NCBI GenBank assembly: GCA_964657765.1
Contig: CAZZWN010000001.1
Coordinates: 28,858 to 73,509, forward strand
Length of the DNA: 44,652 nucleotides
Direction of reading: 5' to 3'
Source of the DNA: an uncultured Acetobacteraceae bacterium
GTDB taxonomy: Bacteria; Pseudomonadota; Alphaproteobacteria; Acetobacterales; Acetobacteraceae
In this document: positions 1-8,550 of the stretch, piece by piece
Position numbering within the stretch: the stretch's first letter is position 1
How the letters are laid out: each line of letters opens with the position of its first letter
Position numbers and translations under genes: made by a program
The notes under the pieces: model-generated
The model's input: only the letters and a program-made list of their open reading frames with translations
Told to the model about the DNA's origin: nothing
The model's database searches: none

Positions 1-2
1 TC

Positions 3-176
3 GTCGCAACTTGCGTCATCGCCGAGGAAAAGCCCGTGCCGGCTGCACAAACCGTCCGCCGATCGCACGGATCCGCGGCCCGAGCTCATGATGGTCAGCC
101 CGGGAAACGCCCGCTCGAGATGGTCGGCGTCGTTGCGGAAGTTGACGCAATCGCCGCAGGTTCCTGCGCGGGGCAT
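3..176 (-). CDS. Small Cys-rich protein, runs off the window edge
   Basis: ATG at 176-174 overlaps the yeiH stop (TGATG). Manual translation MPRAGTCGDCVNFRNDADHLERAFPGLTIMSSGRGSVRSADGLCSRHGLFLGDDASCD..., open to the edge. Not in the ORF track. Confidence 0.75.
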   Translation of the reverse strand, partial: MPRAGTCGDCVNFRNDADHLERAFPGLTIMSSGRGSVRSADGLCSRHGLFLGDDASCD

Positions 177-1573
177 CAGTGCGTCAAATTCGCCCAGTAG
201 GTGCCGAACACGTACACGGACAGCACGAAGCCGACGATGACGTTGACCGCGACACCAGCGGTGAACGCCAAGAACGGCTTGCCGCCGGCCGGGGCCAAGT
301 CCTTCAATCGCGTCGTCAAGCCGATGCTCAGGAAGCAGAACGTGAACGCCCACACCCGCAACGAGGTGATCGGCAGCACAAGGCCGGGCTTCACGATAGT
401 ATTGTAGTCGCCAAAGCTGGCATTGCGGACGACCAGGGTAATAAGGATGGAGGCGAGCAGGAAACCCAGGACGAATTTCGGGAAGCGCCACCAGACCTGA
501 CCGTAATTGACGCTGCCGCCCTTTGTGACGGTCTCCCACCTGGAAACCGAGATGATCGACAGCACCAGCGCCCAAATGCCGATCCAGACATCCCGGCCCA
601 CTACCTTGATCAAGGTGTAGGACCAGATGGCTTGGTCGGGCGTGCCAGCGATGCCGGTGCCAGGGCCGACCTGCCCGCCGTAAGCCTGCGCGGCGGCAAA
701 GCCTGCGGCATCGGCGAACTCCGACGTGCCGATCCAGGCGCCGCCAACACCTGCGGGCAAATGCAGCGCCCCGGCGATCAGCGGCAGGACGAAAATCATC
801 ACGATGGCCCAGCCGACCACGAGCGTGATCGCGATCGGCGGATACTCCTTCTTCGCGCGGACCGCCCCGGCGATCGCGATGGCTGCGGACACGCCGCACA
901 CCGCTCCGCCAGCGCCCAGCGTTGCGGCCAGGCGCTTGTCCAGACCCAGTTTGACCGCGACAAAGAAGATCACGAGGAAGGTCAAGATCGACACGATCGA
1001 CGCCTGCAGGATCGCGACCGGTCCGGCCCAGACGATGAGAGTGAACGGGAGCGTCGCACCCAGCAGAACGATGCCCGTCTTCACGTAGAACTCCACCCGG
1101 AACCCGGCGTCGAGCCAGCGTGGCAAGCCGAACACATTGGAAATCAGCAGGCCAAGGACCAACCCCACCAAGGGCGGCTCCAGGTTATAGTACTGCGCGT
1201 TTTCCCAAGCGCCGGCCGCGACGATTGCGACCGAAAGGACATAGAGCAGGGTGAACGCGGGCACGAAGACACGCGCCTTGAAGCCGAGGACCGTCGTCGC
1301 GGCCGTGAATAGGACCAGCCACATGACGTATTGCGCCACGTAGCGCCCGGCGTTCGCCTCGAACTGGGCGCCAAGCTGGGTGAGGCTCGCCCATTTCGAT
1401 GGCGCCACTGCCAACCATGCCAGGCTGGAGCCGTTCACGAACAGCACATAGGCGGCAATGGTGAGCCCCAGACCGAGCCATACCGCCCACCAGTCCTCCG
1501 TCCGCCACAGTTCCTGCCAGCCAGACCGATCGGGTATCGACTGGTCTTCGGCGATTTTGACGGTCTGACTCAC
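176..1573 (-). CDS. YeiH-family putative sulfate exporter
   Basis: 465 aa polytopic membrane protein with EDWWAVW, KTGIVLLG, GGAVCGVSAAIA and FPKFVLGF motifs; GTG start with GGAG upstream. Confidence 0.85.
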   Translation of the reverse strand: MSQTVKIAEDQSIPDRSGWQELWRTEDWWAVWLGLGLTIAAYVLFVNGSSLAWLAVAPSKWASLTQLGAQFEANAGRYVAQYVMWLVLFTAATTVLGFKARVFVPAFTLLYVLSVAIVAAGAWENAQYYNLEPPLVGLVLGLLISNVFGLPRWLDAGFRVEFYVKTGIVLLGATLPFTLIVWAGPVAILQASIVSILTFLVIFFVAVKLGLDKRLAATLGAGGAVCGVSAAIAIAGAVRAKKEYPPIAITLVVGWAIVMIFVLPLIAGALHLPAGVGGAWIGTSEFADAAGFAAAQAYGGQVGPGTGIAGTPDQAIWSYTLIKVVGRDVWIGIWALVLSIISVSRWETVTKGGSVNYGQVWWRFPKFVLGFLLASILITLVVRNASFGDYNTIVKPGLVLPITSLRVWAFTFCFLSIGLTTRLKDLAPAGGKPFLAFTAGVAVNVIVGFVLSVYVFGTYWANLTH

Positions 1574-1940
1574 TGTCGCTACTCCAGGCAGGCGTATAAT
1601 GCTCGGGGGTTAAACAGCCGATTCACGGAGATCGGAAGTGCGCGTTTCTAAAAAGAAAAACCCTGCTGCACTTCGCTCAATCGGCAGCATGCGGACGCCG
1701 GGCAGAGGCCCATCGAGAGAACATTCCGTCGGGGCTATCCCTGCGTTGCGTCCCTGCTAGCTTCGATCGGAGCGCTTGCAGGATGTCGCGACGTTCGAGC
1801 GACGCGACTACCGGTCGAAAACCGCAATGGCACTCGTGAAACGGCTGTTCGTTTCTGACCATCGCACGAGCAGCATTCTCTACAAACGACACGAGCCGCG
1901 ACCGAATTCATGCTTTCTGACATAGTATTCAAACGCCCTG

Positions 1941-1969
1941 TTGACGCGTCCGGACCGACTCATCAGCAT
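1941..1969 (+). promoter_or_regulatory. Candidate sigma70 promoter of the first sulfur operon
   Basis: TTGACG (1941-1946), 17-nt spacer, CAGCAT (1964-1969); predicted start site near 1976, the A of the uORF ATG. Confidence 0.55.
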
Positions 1970-1975
1970 TCGACC

Positions 1976-2065
1976 ATGCATACCTCTTTCAATGTCAAAC
2001 AGCATCAAGCATTTCAGGCCGCCGCCACGGTCATGATGTGTCGTTGCCGTTGCCAGTCGTTCTGA
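1976..2065 (+). CDS. Cys/Met-rich leader peptide (29 aa), candidate attenuator uORF
   Basis: MHTSFNVKQHQAFQAAATVMMCRCRCQSF*; five sulfur amino acids in seven consecutive codons, upstream of a sulfur-acquisition operon. Confidence 0.7.
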   Translation: MHTSFNVKQHQAFQAAATVMMCRCRCQSF

Positions 2066-2123
2066 ATTGGCCCCGACAATGATTGGCGGTGAAGTTGACC
2101 CGCCCGATTTTGGCAAGAGGCAA
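2044..2123 (+). promoter_or_regulatory. Anti-SD/SD pairing, candidate translational attenuator
   Basis: TTGCCGTTGCCA (2044-2055) is complementary to TGGCAAGAGGCAA (2111-2123), which holds the SD for the ATG at 2126; alternative stem 2051-2061/2078-2088. Confidence 0.6.
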
Positions 2124-2125
2124 AA

Positions 2126-2383
2126 ATGCTCCAGTCGCATGTCGTCGAGGTAAACGGCACCTTCGTCGGTGCTGGGATCACCACCAGCACCGGATTCCGT
2201 TTCCGCGCCGTCCACGTCCAAGTCGAGGAACTGGACGAGAGCACGTGGCATTCCCTGGACGAGCTCAGCAGAGCGGTCCGGCATCTATTCACGACCGGCC
2301 GGGTGAGCGCCATCCAGGTCCAGGCCGCCGTCGATCCGCTGTTGCTCGCACCAGCTTCGGGGGTTGCCGCATGGATGGAATGA
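2126..2383 (+). CDS. Small hypothetical protein (85 aa), first gene of the operon
   Basis: AAGAGG SD; stop overlaps the next ATG (ATGA 2380-2383); globular-looking sequence. Confidence 0.75.
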   Translation: MLQSHVVEVNGTFVGAGITTSTGFRFRAVHVQVEELDESTWHSLDELSRAVRHLFTTGRVSAIQVQAAVDPLLLAPASGVAAWME

Positions 2384-3516
2384 CCCTCGCCGGGTCGCCG
2401 CTGGCCGATGACTTCGTGCAGGACATCGCCGATCATGCCGCGGAGGTCGACCGGTCCGGGGCCTTCCCGTGGGAGAGCCTGGACATCCTGCACCGCGAGC
2501 AGCTACTGGCGATCACCGCCCGGCACGAGGATGGCGGCCAGGTTGCCGGACTATGCCAAGTGTCGGACCTGGTGAGGCATGTCGGGCGTGGCTGCGCGTC
2601 CACCGGGCTCGTCCTGGGGATGCAGCTCATTCATCTGCGTCACGCTGCCCAGTCCGACTGGCCGGAGCATCTCAAGGCGCATATCGGCCGCAGCGCCGGA
2701 CGGTTCGGTTCGCTGATCAACGCGCTCCGCGTGGAGCCGGCGCTGGGCACGCCGGCCCGCGGCGGCTTGCCGGAGACGACAGCTCGCCGGGTGGCCGAGG
2801 GTTGGGTCATCACCGGGCGGAAGATCTACAGCACCGGCGCCCCTGGATTGGCCTGGATGATGGTGTTCGCCCGCACGGACGAGACCGAGCCGCGCATGGG
2901 CATGTTCCTCGTCCCGGCCCGAACCTCGGGTATCCGCATCGAGCCGACATGGGACCAGTTGGGGCTGCGTGGCTCATGCAGTCACGACGTCGTCTTCGAG
3001 GATGTGCGGATTCCGGACGACCATGCCGTCGACCTGCGCGCGCCCGCAGCGTGGAAACGCCGCGATCCGGACGCCGCCGCATGGAGTTCGACCGTGATCG
3101 CCGCACTCTATACTGGCGTGGCAGAGGCGGCACGGGCTTGGATCGTCGATTTCCTACGCGATCGCAGCCCGGACAATCTGGGCGCGCCGCTCGCGACGCT
3201 GCCGCGCATGCAGGAGGCGGTCGGCAGGATCGAGGCATTGCTGACCATGAACCGGCGGCTGATTGCCGCGTCCGCTATGGAGACGGATGCCGGCCGGCCG
3301 CCGATCACCGAGGAAAGCGGCCTGCTCAAGACCGTTGCGGCCGAGAACGCGATTGAAGCGGTCGAGACGGCCGTAAAGCTGGCCGGCAATCACGCCTTTT
3401 CGCGCACCAATGCGCTGGAACGTCACCTGCGGGACGTGCTGTGCGCCCGTGTCCATACGCCGCAACCCGACGCCGCATTCGCCGCCGCCGGCCGTCGCGC
3501 GCTCGAGCAAATCTAG
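2380..3516 (+). CDS. Acyl-CoA dehydrogenase-fold flavoprotein (organosulfur monooxygenase-like)
   Basis: GRKIYSTG, WDQLGLRGSCSHDV and LERHLRDV motifs; start set at the ATGA overlap (2371 is an alternative), not 2083. Confidence 0.85.
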   Translation: MTLAGSPLADDFVQDIADHAAEVDRSGAFPWESLDILHREQLLAITARHEDGGQVAGLCQVSDLVRHVGRGCASTGLVLGMQLIHLRHAAQSDWPEHLKAHIGRSAGRFGSLINALRVEPALGTPARGGLPETTARRVAEGWVITGRKIYSTGAPGLAWMMVFARTDETEPRMGMFLVPARTSGIRIEPTWDQLGLRGSCSHDVVFEDVRIPDDHAVDLRAPAAWKRRDPDAAAWSSTVIAALYTGVAEAARAWIVDFLRDRSPDNLGAPLATLPRMQEAVGRIEALLTMNRRLIAASAMETDAGRPPITEESGLLKTVAAENAIEAVETAVKLAGNHAFSRTNALERHLRDVLCARVHTPQPDAAFAAAGRRALEQI

Positions 3517-3530
3517 AAGGACAATCCCCC

Positions 3531-4616
3531 ATGAGCGAAGTTGGAATATTGGGTCGCCGCCGGGCGATACGGATTGCCGCATCCGCCGCGGCGATACTGC
3601 CGCTCGGTGCGATGGCGCCGTTCCGGGCGGCCCAGCCGAAGGCCGATCCACTGGCCCAGCCGCCGATTTGCCGCGTCGCCGACACTGCACCCGGCGTCGG
3701 CCTGGGCCCGGTTGCGACGCCGGGCACCAAGCTGCGGCTCACCTGGAACGCCAATGCGATCTGCACCGTGGGCGTCCCCGTCGCGGATCAGCGGGGCATC
3801 TTCAAGAAGCACGGGCTCGACGTGGAGCTGATCAACTTCGGCGGCAGCACGGACCAGCTGCTCGAAGCGATCAGCACCGGCAAGGCGGACGCAGGCGTCG
3901 GCATGGCCTTGCGCTGGCTGAAGCCGCTGGAGCAGGGCTTCGACGTCAAGATCACCACGGCGATCCATGGCGGCTGCATGCGGCTGTTTGCGACGCAGAC
4001 GGGCGGGATCAAGACGCTGGCCGACCTGAAGGGCAAGACGGTGGGCTGCAGCGACATGGCGGCGCCGGACAAGAACTTCTTTTCCATCGTGGCGGCCAAG
4101 CAGGGGCTCGATCCGAACAGCGACATCTCGTGGCGGCAATATCCCGCCGACCTGCTCGGCGTCGCGCTGAAAAAGGGCGAGATCCAGGCCTTCTCGCTCG
4201 GCGACCCGCTCGGCTGGGTCATCCGCGAACGGGACGGCCTGTTCGAGGTCGCGAACAACCTCATGGCCGAATACGCGCATCGCGCCTGCTGCGTGCTGGG
4301 CGTGCGCGGCAGCCTCATCAAGCAGGACCGCGCGGCTGCCGGCGCCCTGACCGCATCGCTGCTGGAGGCGCAGGAGTTCGTCGCGGCGAACCCGGACGAG
4401 TCCGCGGCACTGTTCGCGCAGTATTCGCCGACCCCGGTGGCGCAGCTGGCGGCCATGCTGCGCAGCCACACGCACCATAACCACCCGGTCGGCCCGGAGT
4501 TGAAGCAGCAAATCGCGGACTATGCGGAAGAACTCAAGCTCGTCCACGTGATGCGTGACCGCACCGACACGGCTCGCTTCGCCGACAAGGTGTATGCGGA
4601 TGTGCTCACGGCATGA
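3531..4616 (+). CDS. ABC substrate-binding protein, SsuA/NMT1-like, Tat-type signal
   Basis: GRRRAIRIAA signal; FKKHGLDVELINF and DLKGKTVG; AGAAGGA SD before ATG 3531. Confidence 0.88.
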   Translation: MSEVGILGRRRAIRIAASAAAILPLGAMAPFRAAQPKADPLAQPPICRVADTAPGVGLGPVATPGTKLRLTWNANAICTVGVPVADQRGIFKKHGLDVELINFGGSTDQLLEAISTGKADAGVGMALRWLKPLEQGFDVKITTAIHGGCMRLFATQTGGIKTLADLKGKTVGCSDMAAPDKNFFSIVAAKQGLDPNSDISWRQYPADLLGVALKKGEIQAFSLGDPLGWVIRERDGLFEVANNLMAEYAHRACCVLGVRGSLIKQDRAAAGALTASLLEAQEFVAANPDESAALFAQYSPTPVAQLAAMLRSHTHHNHPVGPELKQQIADYAEELKLVHVMRDRTDTARFADKVYADVLTA

Positions 4617-5614
4617 ACGCGCTGACGCAAATCCAGTCGCGGCTCACCGGCCAATCGACTCCCGCGCGGCCACGTGCCCTATGGTCCGGCGGCCTTGTCG
4701 CGGCCCTGCTTTGGGCGGCTGCAGCAGCGTTGACTTGGATATGGCCCGACGCCGACGACCTCGGCCGCACCGGCCTGCTGGCGATCCTGGCTTCGGCGTT
4801 GGCGGTGGCGCTCGCCCTGGCAGCGTTCGGCAGCACCGTCCGCACCTTGCCGGCACCGCTCACCCGGGTCGGCCCGTGGCTCATCGCCCTGGCACTCGCC
4901 CTGGCCGCATGGGAGCTGATCACCGCCAAGCTGGACCTTTTGCCGCGGCCGTTCTTCGCAGCGCCGCAATCCATGCTGGAGGTGCTGACCGACGACTGGC
5001 CAAGGCTGGGCGAGAGCCTGCTGCGCTCGCTGTGGCTGCTGCTGCCGGCTTACCTGCTTGGCGCCGCGGCCGGGTTCCTGACTGGAGTGGCGGTCGGCTG
5101 GTCACGCCGGGTCGGTTATTGGGTTCACCCGGTGCTGCGGCTGATCGGCCCGGTGCCCGCGGTCGCCTGGATCCCCATCGCCTTCTTCGTCTTCCCCACC
5201 AGCCACAGCGCCAGCACCTTCCTGATCGCCCTCGCCACCTTCTTTCCGGTGGCGGTGCTGACCTGGTCGGGCGTCGCCTCCGTCAGCGCCGCGTATTACG
5301 ACGTAGCCCGCACCATGGGCGCGCGTCCCTGGTTCCTGGTGCGCCGGATCGCAATTCCGGCGGCAATGCCGTCGGTGTTCATCGGGCTGTTCATGGGCTT
5401 GGGCGCGTCCTTCTCCGTGCTCGTGGTGGCCGAGATGCTGGGCGTCAAGGCAGGCCTCGGCTGGTATATGCAATGGGCCCAGGGCTGGGCGGCCTACGCC
5501 AACATGTACGTGGCGCTCGGGATCCTGGCGCTCATGTGCACCGCGCTCATCACCCTGCTGTTCCGGGTGCGCGACCACTTCCTGTCCTGGCAGAAGGGCC
5601 TGGTCCGGTGGTAG
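4613..5614 (+). CDS. ABC permease, SsuC/TauC family
   Basis: Hydrophobic; DVARTMGA loop and LVVAEMLG motif; ATGA overlap. Confidence 0.9.
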   Translation: MNALTQIQSRLTGQSTPARPRALWSGGLVAALLWAAAAALTWIWPDADDLGRTGLLAILASALAVALALAAFGSTVRTLPAPLTRVGPWLIALALALAAWELITAKLDLLPRPFFAAPQSMLEVLTDDWPRLGESLLRSLWLLLPAYLLGAAAGFLTGVAVGWSRRVGYWVHPVLRLIGPVPAVAWIPIAFFVFPTSHSASTFLIALATFFPVAVLTWSGVASVSAAYYDVARTMGARPWFLVRRIAIPAAMPSVFIGLFMGLGASFSVLVVAEMLGVKAGLGWYMQWAQGWAAYANMYVALGILALMCTALITLLFRVRDHFLSWQKGLVRW

Positions 5615-6390
5615 CGGCGCTGCAGCAGGCGCCCGCCACCCAGGCGCTCAGCCTGGACGTGGTGGGCGTGAGCCACAGCTTCGCGCTGGACGGCCGCGAC
5701 TTGCCGGTGCTGGACCGGGTGGACCTGTCTTTGACAGCCGGCGAGTTCGTCGCCGTCCTGGGACCGAGCGGATGCGGCAAGTCCACCCTGCTCCGCCTGG
5801 TCGCCGGGTTGGAACCGCCCACGCAGGGCACGCTGTTTGCCGGTGACGCGCCGATCGCCGGGCCGGACCCGTCGCGCGTGCTCATGTTCCAGGACCCGAC
5901 GTTGTATCCGTGGCGCACCGTGCGGGCCAATGTCGGGCTCGGACTGGAGGCGCGGGGCGAGCTGAAGCGTTTCGGCCACCGGGTGGACGAGGCGCTGCAG
6001 CTGGTGGGCCTGGCAGGCTTCGACACGGCGTATCCGCATCAGATCTCCGGCGGCATGGCGCAGCGGGCGTCCCTGGCGCGGGCGCTGGTCAATGACCCCA
6101 GGCTGCTGGTGCTGGACGAGCCATTGGGCAAGCTGGACAGCCTCACCCGGCTGCAGCTGCAGGCGGAGCTGGTGCGCATCTGGCAGGACCGCGGCTTCAC
6201 AGCCCTGCTGGTGACGCACGACGTGGAGGAGGCGCTGCTGATGGCCGGCCGCGTCATCGTCGTCAGCGAACGGCCCGCCCATATCCGGGCGGACGTGCCG
6301 GTCCCGTTGCCCTACCCTCGCCACCGCGACGATCCGGAGCTGGTGCGGCTGCGGCGCGAGGTGCTGAGCCTGTTGGGGTTGCCGTCATAA
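5608..6390 (+). CDS. ABC ATP-binding protein, SsuB/TauB family
   Basis: GPSGCGKS, ISGGMAQR, LDEPLGKLD, VTHD; GTG start overlapping the permease end. Confidence 0.9.
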   Translation: MVAALQQAPATQALSLDVVGVSHSFALDGRDLPVLDRVDLSLTAGEFVAVLGPSGCGKSTLLRLVAGLEPPTQGTLFAGDAPIAGPDPSRVLMFQDPTLYPWRTVRANVGLGLEARGELKRFGHRVDEALQLVGLAGFDTAYPHQISGGMAQRASLARALVNDPRLLVLDEPLGKLDSLTRLQLQAELVRIWQDRGFTALLVTHDVEEALLMAGRVIVVSERPAHIRADVPVPLPYPRHRDDPELVRLRREVLSLLGLPS

Positions 6391-7331
6391 ATACGCGGCG
6401 GCAACTGCTGGCCGGGCTTGCCGCGGCCGGGCTGTCGGAGGGCCGCGCCAGGGCGGAAACGGTAACCCTGCGCGCCGGCGACCAAAAGGGGGGCACGCAG
6501 TCCGTCATGAAGGCGGCCGGGGTGCTGGACGGCCTGCCTTACCAGCTCGCTTGGAGCCAGTTCGCCGCCGCCGCGCCCTTGCTGGAGGCGCTGAACGCCA
6601 ATGCGGTCGACCTGGCCTTTGCCGGCGACGCTCCGGCCACCTTCGCGCTGGCGGCCGGGCTGCAGGCGCGCATCATCTCGCCGATCCGCACCAGCGGTGC
6701 GGGTACCGCGATCCTGGTGAGCAAGGATTCGCCGGTCCGGTCGGTGGCCGATCTCAAGGGCCGCACCATCGCCGTCAACCGCGGTTCGATCGGCCACGCC
6801 CTGGTGCTCGCCGTCGCCCAGGCCCAGGGCTGGCTTTTCACCGAAATCAAGATCGCTAATCTGCTGCCTGGCGAGGCCAAGACGGCGCTGAGCACCGGCG
6901 CGGTCGATGCGTGGTGCTCCTGGGGCGTATACGTGGCCCAGGCGCGGCTGGTGGACCAGATGCGCGTGGTCGTGGACGGCGGCGCCGGGCTGCTCACCGG
7001 GTTGTCGTACTTGGTCGCCACGAACGATGCGATCGCCCGGCGGCGGAACGCGCTGCTGGATTTCTCCCACCGTCTGGCCGCTGCCCGGCGTTGGGCACAG
7101 GTACACCCGGACGACTATGCCCGCGTGCTGGCGGCGGAAATCGGCGTCGAGCAACGCGTGGCACGGCTGGTGTTCGACATCGAAGTGCCCGTGCCGATCC
7201 CAATCGACGAACAGGTGATCGCGGACGAGCAAAAGACCGCCGACCGCTATCTGGCAGCCGGCATCATCCACGCCCGGCTGGACGCGGCCCGCGTGTTCGA
7301 TGCGTCGTTCAACGAGGCCCTGGCAGGATGA
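6387..7331 (+). CDS. Aliphatic sulfonate-type ABC substrate-binding protein, apparent ATA start
   Basis: Frame continues upstream of Met 6507 as INTRRQLLAGLAAAG...LRAGDQKGG (Tat signal and family motif). Paralog of 9345-10292. Start position uncertain. Confidence 0.8.
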   Translation: MNTRRQLLAGLAAAGLSEGRARAETVTLRAGDQKGGTQSVMKAAGVLDGLPYQLAWSQFAAAAPLLEALNANAVDLAFAGDAPATFALAAGLQARIISPIRTSGAGTAILVSKDSPVRSVADLKGRTIAVNRGSIGHALVLAVAQAQGWLFTEIKIANLLPGEAKTALSTGAVDAWCSWGVYVAQARLVDQMRVVVDGGAGLLTGLSYLVATNDAIARRRNALLDFSHRLAAARRWAQVHPDDYARVLAAEIGVEQRVARLVFDIEVPVPIPIDEQVIADEQKTADRYLAAGIIHARLDAARVFDASFNEALAG

Positions 7332-7419
7332 CCGGCCGCAGCGGCCCGGCGCACGCCAATGAAAGCTGGCGCATGGACAAGGCGTTCGCCCGCACCCTTT
7401 CTCCAAAGGAGACATCATC

Positions 7420-8532
7420 ATGACCATCGAATTCATCGGCTATGTCGGCCATTTCAACTCCTCCGAGACCATGCGCCGCACCGGGTTGGCGCTCGACCCG
7501 GGCTATGTGGAGGCCGTCGCCAAGGCGCACGAGCATGTCGGCTTCGACCGCGTGCTGGTCGCGTTCAACTCCACCTCCGCCGAGAGCATCCTGGTGGGCC
7601 AGCACATCGCATCCGTGACGGAACGGCTCGGCCTGATGATCGCGCATCGCCCCGGCTTCACCGCGCCCACGCTCGCCGCACGGCAACTCGCGACGCTCGA
7701 CCATTTCTCCCGCGGGCGGGCGGCGGTGCACATCATCACCGGCGGCAACGACGTCGAGCTGGCGCAGGACGGCGATCACCTGACGAAAGACGAGCGCTAT
7801 GCCCGCACCAACGAGTACCTCGATATCCTGCGCCAGGAATGGACGGCCGATGCGCCGTTCGACTACGCGGGCAAGTACTATCAGGTGGAACGCGGCTTCG
7901 GCGACCTGAAGCCCTACGGCCCTGCCGGCATCCCGGTGTATTTCGGCGGCGCGTCGGAGGCCGCGATCCCCGTCGCCGGCAAGCACGCCGACGTCTATGC
8001 CCTGTGGGGCGAGACCTATGACCAGGTGCGCAGCCTGGTGGCCCGCATCCGCGCTGCCGCGGCGCCGTTCGGCCGCCAGCCCCGCTTCAGCCTGTCGCTG
8101 CGCCCAATTCTGGCGGACACGGAGGCCCAGGCCTGGGCCAAGGCGGACGCCATCCTGGAGCAGGCCAAGGCGCTGAAGGCTAGCGGGGGCAACGGCCGCT
8201 CCCCGAACAATGCCCGCCAGACGCAGCAGGCGCCCGCGAACGAGGGGTCCCGCCGCCTTCTCGCCGCGGCGGCGCAGGGCTCGCGGCTGGACAAGCGGCT
8301 ATGGACGGGGATCGCGGCGCTCACGGGTGCGCAGGGCAATTCGACCGGGCTGGTGGGCACGCCGGACCAGGTGGCCGAGGCCATGCTGGACTACTACGAT
8401 CTCGGCATCACCACGTTCCTGATCCGCGGCTTCGATCCGCTGGTCGATGCCATCCAGTATGGGCGGGAGCTGCTGCCCCGTGTCCGCGCGCTGGCCGCTG
8501 CCCGTGGCGCCATTTCGGTTGCCGCCGAATAA
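7420..8532 (+). CDS. Luciferase-like (LLM) flavin-dependent monooxygenase, SsuD-related
   Basis: IAHRPGF, ATLDHFSRGR, YFGGAS, HADVYALWGE, LVGTPDQVA; AAGGAG SD. Confidence 0.9.
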   Translation: MTIEFIGYVGHFNSSETMRRTGLALDPGYVEAVAKAHEHVGFDRVLVAFNSTSAESILVGQHIASVTERLGLMIAHRPGFTAPTLAARQLATLDHFSRGRAAVHIITGGNDVELAQDGDHLTKDERYARTNEYLDILRQEWTADAPFDYAGKYYQVERGFGDLKPYGPAGIPVYFGGASEAAIPVAGKHADVYALWGETYDQVRSLVARIRAAAAPFGRQPRFSLSLRPILADTEAQAWAKADAILEQAKALKASGGNGRSPNNARQTQQAPANEGSRRLLAAAAQGSRLDKRLWTGIAALTGAQGNSTGLVGTPDQVAEAMLDYYDLGITTFLIRGFDPLVDAIQYGRELLPRVRALAAARGAISVAAE

Positions 8533-8550
8533 CCCAGATAGGAGCTCGCC

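Noticed and set aside
2083-2379. Long N-terminal extensions in the ORF track (also from 4555, 21519, 22172, 27416, 38863)
   Set aside because: Arg/Pro-rich read-through overlapping real genes; better starts with an SD or stop-start overlap exist. They are not fusions.
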